The position numbers and the translations under genes are program-made. Below the pieces are notes generated by a model, which saw only the letters and a program-made list of their open reading frames with translations, was not told the DNA's origin and did no database searches. From the NCBI GenBank assembly GCA_963714125.1, contig OY970234.1, positions 2,733,641 to 2,797,640 of the forward strand: a stretch of 64,000 nt of DNA, written 5' to 3'. Positions 28,211 through 36,862 of the stretch are shown here, piece after piece. The DNA comes from an uncultured Acidimicrobiaceae bacterium (GTDB lineage Bacteria > Actinomycetota > Acidimicrobiia > Acidimicrobiales > UBA8190). How positions within the stretch are numbered: the first letter of the stretch is position 1; the number at the start of each line of letters is the position of its first letter.

Positions 28211-28603
28211 TTAACCCGGTGGTGCGAAGAATTCCAACGCGATGTTGTCGGGATCGCGAAACGACAACCCGGAGCCGTAGGGGGCACCGACGATCCCTCC
28301 GTTGGCAATCTCGAGTGCATTGAGACGCGTCTCCCACGCTTCGAGCTCGCTGCGATTCGCACAACCGAAAGCGAGGTGGTCCAGCCCGGGGCGGCGCTCG
28401 TCGAATGGGTCGGCGCTCTTGAGATCAGGAAACTGGTGGATGCCGACCAGCGTCGTTCCCATGAGCCACACGACATGATGAAACGGGCCCGTATCCTCGT
28501 CGATGAGCGGGTCGGTATCGAATAGGGCCCGATACCACGGCCTGCTTCGATCGAGGTCGCTCACTGTCAGGGCGACGTGGGTAATCGCAGGAAACGGGGC
28601 CAT
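28211..28603 (-). CDS. VOC-family protein (glyoxalase/bleomycin-resistance/dioxygenase fold)
   Basis: Start at ATG 28603 (MAPFPAITHVALTVSDLDRSRPWY..); ..GLDHLAFGC.. and ..GLSFRDPDNIALEFF... Confidence 0.8.
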   Translation of the reverse strand: MAPFPAITHVALTVSDLDRSRPWYRALFDTDPLIDEDTGPFHHVVWLMGTTLVGIHQFPDLKSADPFDERRPGLDHLAFGCANRSELEAWETRLNALEIANGGIVGAPYGSGLSFRDPDNIALEFFAPPG

Positions 28604-28646
28604 GACAGCCTCCTCGTAACGTGGTGTGCTCCGGACACTATTCGTT

Positions 28647-29417
28647 TCAGGTTCCCGGTGCGCTGGTGCGCAGGGCGGTGACCACCACCGCCGCATACGT
28701 CATGAGGAAGTTCCCGCCCACCGCGTCGATGGCCTCGCCAATGCCCGCCAGCAGCTCCGCCAGCGTGGCGGGTGGAAACTGGCTTTGACCCCCGGCCGTA
28801 GGCACGAAATCCAACCACTCGGCGGTGGTGTAGCGACGTTCCCAGTCGAACTGCCACTGCTCGGGCTGGTCGAACCGCGCCCCTACGTGTCGTATCCCGT
28901 CGGCGGCTGTCGACGACAGCCCCGAGTAGGCCGCCGGGCCGCCGGACGAGCCACGGAACAACGGCGCATCGGGCAGGACGCGGCCGTAGACGCCGGCAAT
29001 GGCCTCGTGGAGGTCGGTGGGGAACTGAAAGGCATTCCAGAACACGGCCAACCGGCCGGCCGGGCGGAGCACGGCGGCCGCTTTCGCCGCTCCGGCCTCG
29101 GGGTCGACCCAATGCCAGGCCTGTCCGGATATGACGGCGTCGAACGTACGGCCGGCCGGGTCCCATTCCTCAAAGCTCGCCACTTCGACGTCGAAGCCAC
29201 GGCGTCGAGCGAAGTCCGCCATCCGGGCGTCGACGTCGACTCCGAGCACGCGACACCCCGCCTCCGCAAAGGGCCGAGCGGCCACGCCCGTGCCCATGCC
29301 GACGTCGAGGACATCGCGACCGGCCATGGAGCCGAGGATGCGGTCCACCATCGCCGCCGGGTAGCGAGGACGGCTGCGGTGATATCGCTCGGCGTCAGTG
29401 CCGAACGACTCGGCCAT
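28647..29417 (-). CDS. Class I SAM-dependent methyltransferase
   Basis: Start at ATG 29417 (MAESFGTDAERYHRSRPRYP..). Motif I VLDVGMGTGV. ..VISGQAWHWVD... The 466-aa track ORF extension is antisense to the neighbouring TetR gene. Confidence 0.8.
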   Translation of the reverse strand: MAESFGTDAERYHRSRPRYPAAMVDRILGSMAGRDVLDVGMGTGVAARPFAEAGCRVLGVDVDARMADFARRRGFDVEVASFEEWDPAGRTFDAVISGQAWHWVDPEAGAAKAAAVLRPAGRLAVFWNAFQFPTDLHEAIAGVYGRVLPDAPLFRGSSGGPAAYSGLSSTAADGIRHVGARFDQPEQWQFDWERRYTTAEWLDFVPTAGGQSQFPPATLAELLAGIGEAIDAVGGNFLMTYAAVVVTALRTSAPGT

Positions 29418-29479
29418 AGCTCGAGCCTGGTGAGGCGGCGCGCCAGGAGGATGGGGCGGTCCGGGAGGTAAAGTGGTCA

Positions 29480-29510
29480 CGTGCCCACTATAAACGGGCA
29501 CGCGCCCACT
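29480..29510. promoter_or_regulatory. Inverted repeat CGTGCCC-N9-GGGCACG plus direct repeat G(T/C)GCCCACT spaced 21 nt
   Basis: Read directly between the divergent methyltransferase (29417) and TetR (about 29550) starts. Confidence 0.35.
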
Positions 29511-29549
29511 TTCCTCTGCAGGGGCGCCCATGGGAAGGAGTGCACGCGG

Positions 29550-30149
29550 GTGCCGACCGGGGTGGCCTTGCGCGACGCACGTGAACAGCTCTTCGAGGCG
29601 GCCGAACGAGTCCTGCGCCGAAATGGGCCGCGCGCCCTGACCAGCCGGGCCGTCACCACCGAGGCCGGCGTGGCCAAAGGCGTCATGCACAAGCATTTCG
29701 CCGACTTCGACTCCTTCCTCGTCGAACTCGTCACCGACCGCATGGCCAAGATCGATGCTCAGGCCGCCGACCTTCTGGAGCGCGCCGGGGCCGGCTCGGT
29801 GGCGGACAACATCACCGGAGCCCTGATGGAGCTGTTCGAATCGGTGGCCGTGGCCATCGTCGGACTCATCATCTTCCGTGACGACCTCCGCACGCGAATG
29901 CGCTCCCACACCTCGCCCGGCGTGCCCATACTCACCGACGCCGCCGCCATGCTCGCCGCGTACCTGGCCGCCGAGCGCGATGCGGGGCGCGTGAGGATCA
30001 ACGCGGACGTAACAACGATGGCTCCCACTCTGATCGGGGCCGGGCACCTGCTCTTCGCCGATCGGACCGCTATGGCGCCCGACCGAGCAACGGTACGCAC
30101 CATGGTGAGCAACGTGATCGCCGGCATCCTGCCAAGTCCCGAGACGTGA
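29550..30149 (+). CDS. TetR-family transcriptional regulator
   Basis: HTH ..LTSRAVTTEAGVAKGVMHKHFADFDSFL... The start is uncertain. In-frame GTGs occur at 29481, 29550 and 29562; 29481 would overlap the candidate operator. Confidence 0.75.
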   Translation: MPTGVALRDAREQLFEAAERVLRRNGPRALTSRAVTTEAGVAKGVMHKHFADFDSFLVELVTDRMAKIDAQAADLLERAGAGSVADNITGALMELFESVAVAIVGLIIFRDDLRTRMRSHTSPGVPILTDAAAMLAAYLAAERDAGRVRINADVTTMAPTLIGAGHLLFADRTAMAPDRATVRTMVSNVIAGILPSPET

Positions 30150-30225
30150 TCCTGGCCGCCATTACGGCAAACCTCAACGCCGCCGCGGCTGGCCCAGACC
30201 GCCGCGTGCCCAGGGCGGCGCTGGC

Positions 30226-32655
30226 CTAGCCCCGCACCCCGAAAATGGGGTCGTTGCCCACGAAGTCGACGGCGTAGGTGACATTGGCGTGGGGTGTTGA
30301 ACCGCTGAAGGTCTCCTTGGTGAAACACGGCGTGTGGTACGACTTGCCCGACTTGGTGCACGTCGACAGCTCAACAGCCGCCCCACCGTGCTGCTCGTCC
30401 TCCCACAACTGCACGGACCTGTTGGTGGTGCCCAAGAAGTACGTGATGGTGATGGCCACGGGATGGGTGGTGTCGAGATAATTCGAGAAGTTCCCGGTGA
30501 CCTTGGCCAAGGTGCCTACGCACGAGGTGTTGCTGGGACACAACAGGTAATCACTCGTCGGGCTCACTCCCCCGAGCACGGTGGCCGTGGGGGGCGGGGT
30601 GACGGTGGTCGATGCTCGCACGACCCTGCGCAACGAGCCTTTGGCGGCGGGGCGATCGGCCAGCTGGCGTTGGGCGGCGGCCGGCAACGACGAACGCAGG
30701 ACCTTCTTCGGCAATTTGAGCTTGATCCTCACGGGGTTGGCGTTCGACGTCGGAGCCGTGGTGTTGGCCACCTTCTCCCCCGGAGCCGCCCCGGTGGCGA
30801 TCGTTCCGGCGATCACCTCGACATCCACCTCGCCGAGGGAGGTGCCGACGGTGGGAGCGTTGGAGGTGACCGTCACCGTTCCCGCCACGTTGTCGCCCGC
30901 CGACAGACCGGTGGTGTCGGCGAACGCGTAAACAGTGGAGGTTGCGCTTGGCGCGATCGTCCCCAACGAGCAGGTCACCTGATCCGTGCCCGAGGCGCTG
31001 CACGACGATCCCGATTTCGCCATGGCCGTCGAATCGAACGGTGCCGTGGCCGTGGCCACCACGCTCACCGAGCTCAAGGTGGCGGTCGACGTATTGGTCA
31101 CGGGAACGGCCCACAAGGCGTCGTTGCCAGCGGTGACCTGGGCGGTTTCGGGGTCAATGGTGCTTGGCACCGATGCCGTGGCGGTGACCGGGGCCGGTTC
31201 TACCGTCGTCGAGGTGAACGCCGGGGCGGGATTCGGCACGTTCGGCGCACAGTTGACGGTGATCGTCACCCCTTGGTCCGAGGTGAGCTCGAGCACCAGG
31301 GTGCTCGGCGTGAAGCTGGCCGCCGTGGGCTCAGTGACCGACCCCGCCGTCCACGTCAACGGATTGAATGTGAATTCGGTCTGCGTACCCTCACCTTCTG
31401 TGAAGTGCATCTGTTGAGGGAGGTTGTTGGCAGATGTTTGCTGACTGGTGGTCGTAAAGGCCGACCCGCCCGATTGATCGAAGGTAAACGAGGCCGAGTC
31501 AAAAGAGATATCGGGGGAGCCGTCCATGATGGCGGTATCGGCGGTGGAGGCGGGCACGGTGAAAACCGCCTCGGGCGTGAACTCGAAGCTGCTCGGCGCC
31601 GACAGTGATGTAGGGGCCACGGGGGTGACCACGACGGTCGTCGGTACCGCAAATGTTCCCAGACCTGAACCCGTGCACGACGCCAGGAATGAACTCAGGC
31701 CATAGACCAGAGCGTTGCCGGCGCCATCCACCCCGGCGCACAACGAAGCGGTCGGGCACGACACCGAGGAGACCGCATTGGTGCCGTCGAGCTGGACAGG
31801 AACAGCCCAGCCCAGCCCGGCATCGTAGGTGTCGGCATTGCCGACGTCGTCGACGGTCACGCAATACGAACTGGTGGGACACGACACCGCGTCCAGCGCG
31901 TTCGATCCATCGATGCCAATCGGAGCCGACCACGAGCCGTTGTATGTCAAGGCATTGCCCTCGTCATCCACAGCGGCACAAAACGACGCCGATTGGCACG
32001 ACACCGAGTTGAGCGAACCGGAGTTGTCGATGTCGTCGGCGCCTGACCACGTTCCGGTGTAGGTGAATGCATCACCTGATTCGTCCACAGCAACACAGAA
32101 CGATGACGTCGGACACGACACCGAGGCGAGTGTTGTTTCGGCGAAGCCCTCGAGGTTGTCGAGCGTCCAGGAGACCCCGTTGTACATGTCGGCATTGCCG
32201 CCTGTGTCGACGGCCACGCAGAACAACGGGCTGGCGCACGAGATGCCGACGAGGGCGGCGCCGTCGACCACCGACGTGCCCGAGCTCCACGTGGAGCCGT
32301 TATACGTGAATGCGTTGCCGTCGTCGTCCACCGCCACACAGAAAGTGGTCGTGGCGCACGACACCCCGCCAAAGGAGTTCCCGTCCACGAACTTGGGTGA
32401 CGACCACGCCGTGCCGTTGTACACAGTGGCATGACCCGCTTCGTCGACGGCCACACAGAAGGTGGAATTGACGCACGACACCGACGTAAATGGGTTCGAG
32501 TCGACGGCCACGCCGGCGTTGGCCGCGCTCGGCGCCACCACGCCCACCAAGGCCATGGTGCCGCCGACGATCACGGCTCCCATCGCCACACGGGCCACCA
32601 TGGCCCATTGACCCCGCACCCCACCTCGGCCTGACCGGGCTCGTCTTATCGTCAT
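30226..32655 (-). CDS. Secreted multidomain protein: seven C-x6-C repeats (predicted beta-propeller), a cysteine-bracketed ~140-aa module, a DUF11-like repeat domain and a C-terminal Cys-containing domain
   Basis: ATG 32655 is preceded by AAGGAGG with a 5-nt spacer. Signal peptide ends ..APSAANA/G. See the repeat feature. No sorting motif or TM anchor at the C-terminus. Confidence 0.75.
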   Translation of the reverse strand: MTIRRARSGRGGVRGQWAMVARVAMGAVIVGGTMALVGVVAPSAANAGVAVDSNPFTSVSCVNSTFCVAVDEAGHATVYNGTAWSSPKFVDGNSFGGVSCATTTFCVAVDDDGNAFTYNGSTWSSGTSVVDGAALVGISCASPLFCVAVDTGGNADMYNGVSWTLDNLEGFAETTLASVSCPTSSFCVAVDESGDAFTYTGTWSGADDIDNSGSLNSVSCQSASFCAAVDDEGNALTYNGSWSAPIGIDGSNALDAVSCPTSSYCVTVDDVGNADTYDAGLGWAVPVQLDGTNAVSSVSCPTASLCAGVDGAGNALVYGLSSFLASCTGSGLGTFAVPTTVVVTPVAPTSLSAPSSFEFTPEAVFTVPASTADTAIMDGSPDISFDSASFTFDQSGGSAFTTTSQQTSANNLPQQMHFTEGEGTQTEFTFNPLTWTAGSVTEPTAASFTPSTLVLELTSDQGVTITVNCAPNVPNPAPAFTSTTVEPAPVTATASVPSTIDPETAQVTAGNDALWAVPVTNTSTATLSSVSVVATATAPFDSTAMAKSGSSCSASGTDQVTCSLGTIAPSATSTVYAFADTTGLSAGDNVAGTVTVTSNAPTVGTSLGEVDVEVIAGTIATGAAPGEKVANTTAPTSNANPVRIKLKLPKKVLRSSLPAAAQRQLADRPAAKGSLRRVVRASTTVTPPPTATVLGGVSPTSDYLLCPSNTSCVGTLAKVTGNFSNYLDTTHPVAITITYFLGTTNRSVQLWEDEQHGGAAVELSTCTKSGKSYHTPCFTKETFSGSTPHANVTYAVDFVGNDPIFGVRG
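31687..32484 (-). repeat. Seven tandem coding repeats of 39-41 aa: (V/I)SC-x6-C-x-(A/T/G)VD-x2-G-x-A-x2-Y-x-G-x2-W
   Basis: Counted directly: SVSCVNSTFCVAVDEAGHATVYNGTAW, VSCATTTFCVAVDDDGNAFTYNGSTW, ISCASPLFCVAVDTGGNADMYNGVSW, VSCPTSSFCVAVDESGDAFTYTGTW, VSCQSASFCAAVDDEGNALTYNGSW, VSCPTSSYCVTVDDVGNADTYDAGLGW, VSCPTASLCAGVDGAGNALVY. Confidence 0.85.
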
Positions 32656-33073
32656 CGAGGCCTCCTTGGCGCCGCCCATATCGACATGGCCACGATGGCC
32701 GTCGCCGTATAGGCGGGTCCTGACAAAAATTGAGGAAAGCTTGGGCGGGGATCTCTCCGTATCGTACGGGCTTTCAGTTCCACCAAACCATCCTCATGTC
32801 TGACGAATCGGGTTCTTGTGGGTTGGGCCTGGCTACAGGTCGTTTCTCATGCTTCCGATCAAGGCCAGCATGAACGGCGCCAACGCAGGTGTCTGTGCCG
32901 GGCAGCACACTTTGAGCGATGTCGGCAACACACAGCCCTAGTACCGGCCCGCCGGCGGGCGGCTCACCGCCGGCACGGCAGTGGCCCCACTGGTGAGATA
33001 CCCCTTACGCGGGCCCCGGGCTGGAAATGGGGTCCGACGGACCCGGCGTGCATGCTTTGGCCAATGCCCTCGG

Positions 33074-33745
33074 TCAGCGACAGAGTCGGGCAATGGCATC
33101 GCCGTCGAGGACACGAAGGTTTCCTCGATCGAGTTGCAGCGCACCCAACTCCTCGGCCTGGCGCAGGACGCGATTTACCGTCGGCCGGGTGGTGCCGGCC
33201 AAGCTGGCGAGATCCTCCTGAGTGAGGGGTATCACCATGTCGGCGCCGAAGGTGGCCGCCAACTCGGCGATGCGTCGGAGCACGCGCTTGGGGGCCGGCA
33301 CATATAGCGCCTCGACGAGTCGCGCCGTCACCCGCCGCAACCGGTCGTCGAACAGGGCGGCCAAAAAGCGGTCGACCGATGGGAATCGCAGCCGGAGCTC
33401 GTCAAAGACCTCCCGGCTCAAGTACAGGGTTTCGACCGGCGTTAGCGCCACCGCTGAGGTCAGACGTCGACCGCGGTCCTCGAGAAGCGACTGCTCGCCC
33501 AGCGGCTCGCCCGGTCCCACCACGGCAACGGTGGACACGTCGCCGACGGGCGTGGTGAGGCGCACCGCCACCCATCCCCGCTGCATCAAATGCATACCGT
33601 CGCTCGGGTCTCCTTCATGGAACAGGGCCTGGCGTTTTTCGAATCGGCGCCGCCGCGCCCCTTTGAGTACTTCATCACGGACGGGCTGGTTCAGATCGTC
33701 GAGCAACGGCCATTCCACGTGGCACAGCCTGCCATTTTTTGCCAT
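33074..33745 (-). CDS. Crp/Fnr-family transcriptional regulator
   Basis: N-terminal cNMP-binding-like fold (..LFHEGDPSDGMHLMQRGWVAV.., ..GEPLGEQSLL..) and C-terminal HTH ..TQEDLASLAGTTRPTVNRVLRQ... Confidence 0.85.
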   Translation of the reverse strand: MAKNGRLCHVEWPLLDDLNQPVRDEVLKGARRRRFEKRQALFHEGDPSDGMHLMQRGWVAVRLTTPVGDVSTVAVVGPGEPLGEQSLLEDRGRRLTSAVALTPVETLYLSREVFDELRLRFPSVDRFLAALFDDRLRRVTARLVEALYVPAPKRVLRRIAELAATFGADMVIPLTQEDLASLAGTTRPTVNRVLRQAEELGALQLDRGNLRVLDGDAIARLCR

Positions 33746-33833
33746 GGAGATCCGTCAATTGCTGTAGCGCTTTGGCGCGCCCGTGACGCCGCTCCAACCA
33801 GGGCTTCTACCCATGCGAGGGACGCTTCACACA

Positions 33834-33863
33834 TTCGACCCGTCGGGGGAACTGGCCTACAAT
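33834..33863 (+). promoter_or_regulatory. Candidate sigma-A-type promoter TTCGAC-N18-TACAAT upstream of the hydrolase gene
   Basis: Hexamers read directly. TACAAT ends 50 nt upstream of ATG 33913. This is a pattern match only. Confidence 0.3.
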
Positions 33864-33912
33864 CCCAGTGTATTCACAGGTATATGTGGGACGGCGGAGG
33901 CCAAGGGGACGC

Positions 33913-34623
33913 ATGACCACATTCGTTTTGGTTCATGGCGCGTGGCGAGGGTCATATACATTCCGCCACGTTCGCAAAGAGCTTGGCTACGCCGGACACG
34001 AGGTGTTCACGCCGAGTCTCACGGGTATCGGCGAGCGGGCTCATCTTCTCAGTCCGCAGATCAACCTGACGACCCACATCGACGATGTCGTCAACGTGAT
34101 TCTCTATGAAGACCTGCACGACATCGTCCTGCTGGGCTTCTCTTACGGGGGGGCCGTCATCACCGGATCCCTCAAACACGTCGCCGACCGTGTCCAGCAT
34201 CTGGTCTTTGTCGATGCGTTCGTCCCGCGCGACGGGGAGACCGTCTTCGGCCTCTCGCGCGCCTTGCACGATGACGCCCCTTTGACCGTGGGCCAGGACT
34301 GGCTGGTGCCGGCGTCGTTCCCGCGTACGTACTACGAACCGGCCGAGGCCGAGTTCATGAATGCCCGTGGGGGTCCCCACCCGTTGTGGTGCTTCACCGA
34401 GCACGTCGCTTTGGAGCATCCCCTCGAGGAATACCCGTTCACGCGCACGTACATCCGAGCCACCGATGACACCCCGGACGCGCCGGGAGCACCCGCCTTT
34501 GAAGCGGCCGCGGCGCGCGCCCGGAAATCGGCGGCATGGAATTACCACGAGGTCGCCACCAATCACATGTTGCCGGTCAACGAACCCGACACGCTGGCCA
34601 AGTTGCTCCTGGCTTTGCTCTAA
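33913..34623 (+). CDS. Alpha/beta-hydrolase (methylesterase/SABP2-like)
   Basis: Start at ATG 33913 after GGAGG (MTTFVLVHGAWRGSYTF..). Nucleophile elbow LLGFSYGG. About 236 aa. Confidence 0.8.
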   Translation: MTTFVLVHGAWRGSYTFRHVRKELGYAGHEVFTPSLTGIGERAHLLSPQINLTTHIDDVVNVILYEDLHDIVLLGFSYGGAVITGSLKHVADRVQHLVFVDAFVPRDGETVFGLSRALHDDAPLTVGQDWLVPASFPRTYYEPAEAEFMNARGGPHPLWCFTEHVALEHPLEEYPFTRTYIRATDDTPDAPGAPAFEAAAARARKSAAWNYHEVATNHMLPVNEPDTLAKLLLALL

Positions 34624-34745
34624 AGCGCGCCCCGCTTTGCAGCCCGTGGGGCCGGCCTGCACCGGGCCTCAGGCCGGCACGACGCGGTGTACGCTCTTTC
34701 GACAAGTTCGGTGGGTTTGTCGCCGAATCAACCAGGAGAATCACC

Positions 34746-35909
34746 GTGACTGATGCTGTCATCGTCGCCGCTGTCCGTACGCCGATCGGTCGTTCCTATA
34801 AGGGCACGCTCGTTGACGTCGACACCTTCTCATTGGCCGAAGTTGCGGTGCGAGCCGTCATCGAGCGATCCGGCGTCGACTCGGCAGCCATCGACGACCT
34901 CGTGCTGGCGGAGTCGCTCCAAGGCGGCGGCGTCATCGCCCGCAATGTGGCCTTGCGTCTCGGCCTCACCTCGGTACCCGGGCTGGCCGACAACCGGCAC
35001 TGCGCGGCGGGGCTCAGTGCCATCCAGATTGCCGCCGGCAGCATTCGCGCCGGCATGGACAAGGTGGTGATCGCCGGAGGGACCGAGAGCCTGAGCTCGT
35101 CACCGCGGGTCTTCAAGGCCGAGCCCGCTTCCACGGGCGACTATCAACCCTGGTTCTCCCCCACCCATACACCGACGGCCCAAGCGCCCAACCGCGATAT
35201 GTCCATCACCGTGGGCGAGAACACGGCCCACCAAGCCGGCATCACGCGCCTGGAGGCCGACACGTGGGCGTGGCACTCGCATTTGCGTGCCGCCGCGGCG
35301 CGCGACGGTGGTCTGTTCGACGCCGAGATCGTCCCCGTGCCCCTGGGTGACGGCAGGACCTTCACCCGCGACGAGCAACCCCGACCGGACACCACACTCG
35401 AGAAACTCGCCTCGTTGGCCGTCCTTCACCCCGAGCTTCCCGACGCCACCGTGACGGCCGCCAACTCCTCGGGTGTCAACGATGGCGCCGCCACCGTGAT
35501 GGTGACGAGTGATGACTTTGCCGCCGCCCACGGTCTGCAGGTTCTGGGCCGGATCCGCTCGTGGGGATCGGTGGGCGTCGAGCCCGAACGCACGGGCCTC
35601 GCTCCCACGCTGGCCATTCCCAAGGCGCTCGAGCGAGCGGGGATGAAGCGTGAGGATGTGGACCTCTTCGAGATCAACGAGGCGTTCTGCTCCATGGCGG
35701 TGGCGTGCACGCGGGTGTTGGAGATCGACCACGACATTGTCAACGTCAACGGCAGCGGCTGTGGCCTCGGCCACCCCGTGGCGGCTACGGGGACACGCAT
35801 GGTCGTGACCATGTTGCACGAACTGCGCCGGCGTGACGCCCAAGTCGGCTGTATATCCATGTGCGCCGGCGGCGGCATGGGGTCCGCCTTGGTCCTCGAG
35901 ATCGTCTAG
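34746..35909 (+). CDS. Acetyl-CoA C-acyltransferase (thiolase)
   Basis: GTG 34746 after AGGAGA (VTDAVIVAAVRTPIGRSYKG..). Active-site Cys in NRHCAAGLSAI. C-terminal NGSGCGLGHPVAATG and CAGGGMG. Confidence 0.9.
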   Translation: MTDAVIVAAVRTPIGRSYKGTLVDVDTFSLAEVAVRAVIERSGVDSAAIDDLVLAESLQGGGVIARNVALRLGLTSVPGLADNRHCAAGLSAIQIAAGSIRAGMDKVVIAGGTESLSSSPRVFKAEPASTGDYQPWFSPTHTPTAQAPNRDMSITVGENTAHQAGITRLEADTWAWHSHLRAAAARDGGLFDAEIVPVPLGDGRTFTRDEQPRPDTTLEKLASLAVLHPELPDATVTAANSSGVNDGAATVMVTSDDFAAAHGLQVLGRIRSWGSVGVEPERTGLAPTLAIPKALERAGMKREDVDLFEINEAFCSMAVACTRVLEIDHDIVNVNGSGCGLGHPVAATGTRMVVTMLHELRRRDAQVGCISMCAGGGMGSALVLEIV

Positions 35910-35965
35910 CGGAATCAAATCGGCGTGAACGTCATTGTGTGCACGTGAGCGACACGGGTCCCCCG

Positions 35966-36862
35966 ATGCGCCTTGGTTTGATCGGGCTCGGCAACATTGG
36001 CAGCGGCATCGGCGCCAACCTCGTCGCCGACGGCCACCAACTCAGCGTCTTTGACATCGACCCCGCTGCGGTGCAACGGCTGGAGGCCGCCGGGGCGCAG
36101 GCGGCGAGCTCCCCCGAGGCCGTGGCCGTCGCCTCGCAGTGGACGTTTCTCTCCCTCCCCTCGCCGGCGGTGATGGAAGCGGTGGCGGCCGAGTGGCAGC
36201 AGGGGGCGCGAGACAGCGGCAAGATCCTCATCGACCTCACCACCAACGCGCCGTCCGTCGTCCGCGGCGTCGGTGCCCGTCTGGCCGCAACAGGATCCCG
36301 GCTCGTCGAAGCACCCGTGACCGGCGGAGCCCCGGGAGCAAGAAACCGCAAGCTCGTCTTTATCACCGGCGGAGATCACGACGCCGTTGATGCCGTCACT
36401 CCCCTCTTGCTGACCCTCGGGCGAGGCAGCTTCCACATGGGTCCGCTCGGCTCCGGCAACGTGGGCAAGTTGGTCAACTCGCTGATGGCCTTTACATCCA
36501 TGTGGGTGTCACTCGAGGGCCTCGGACTGGCCGCCAAGTACGGCTTGGATCTGCGCACGTTGGTGGACATGGTTAAGACGTCAGGCGGGGCCAGTCCCTA
36601 CCTCGATCGGCGTGTCGAGGAGATCAACGAGCGCGGTCGGCCCGCCGAGTTCTCTCTCGAGCTCGCTGCCAAGGACGCCGGCTTGATGCTCGATGCCGGT
36701 CGCGACGTGGGAGTCCCCATGCCGGTGGCGTCTGCCGTCCACCAGATGCTGACCTTCGCCAAGGCGCAAGGTCTGGCCGACCATGACATCAGCGATCTCG
36801 TCGAGGTCATGGAGCGCCTGGCCGACGTGCAGTTGCGCCTGGGTCCCGCCCCGACCGCCTGA
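35966..36862 (+). CDS. NAD(P)-dependent oxidoreductase, 3-hydroxyisobutyrate/6-phosphogluconate dehydrogenase-like
   Basis: MRLGLIGLGNIGSGIGANL Rossmann start; ..GSGNVGKLVNSLM... About 298 aa. Confidence 0.85.
   Translation: MRLGLIGLGNIGSGIGANLVADGHQLSVFDIDPAAVQRLEAAGAQAASSPEAVAVASQWTFLSLPSPAVMEAVAAEWQQGARDSGKILIDLTTNAPSVVRGVGARLAATGSRLVEAPVTGGAPGARNRKLVFITGGDHDAVDAVTPLLLTLGRGSFHMGPLGSGNVGKLVNSLMAFTSMWVSLEGLGLAAKYGLDLRTLVDMVKTSGGASPYLDRRVEEINERGRPAEFSLELAAKDAGLMLDAGRDVGVPMPVASAVHQMLTFAKAQGLADHDISDLVEVMERLADVQLRLGPAPTA

Noticed and set aside
32975-33000. GCCACTG / CCACTGG strings reminiscent of a cobalamin-riboswitch B12 box
   Set aside because: This is an isolated heptamer match. None of the other conserved cobalamin-riboswitch core elements could be found around it.
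33874-33889. TCACA-N6-TGTGG near the hydrolase promoter as a Crp site
   Set aside because: The half-sites are in the opposite order to the TGTGA-N6-TCACA consensus, and one is imperfect. This could easily be chance.
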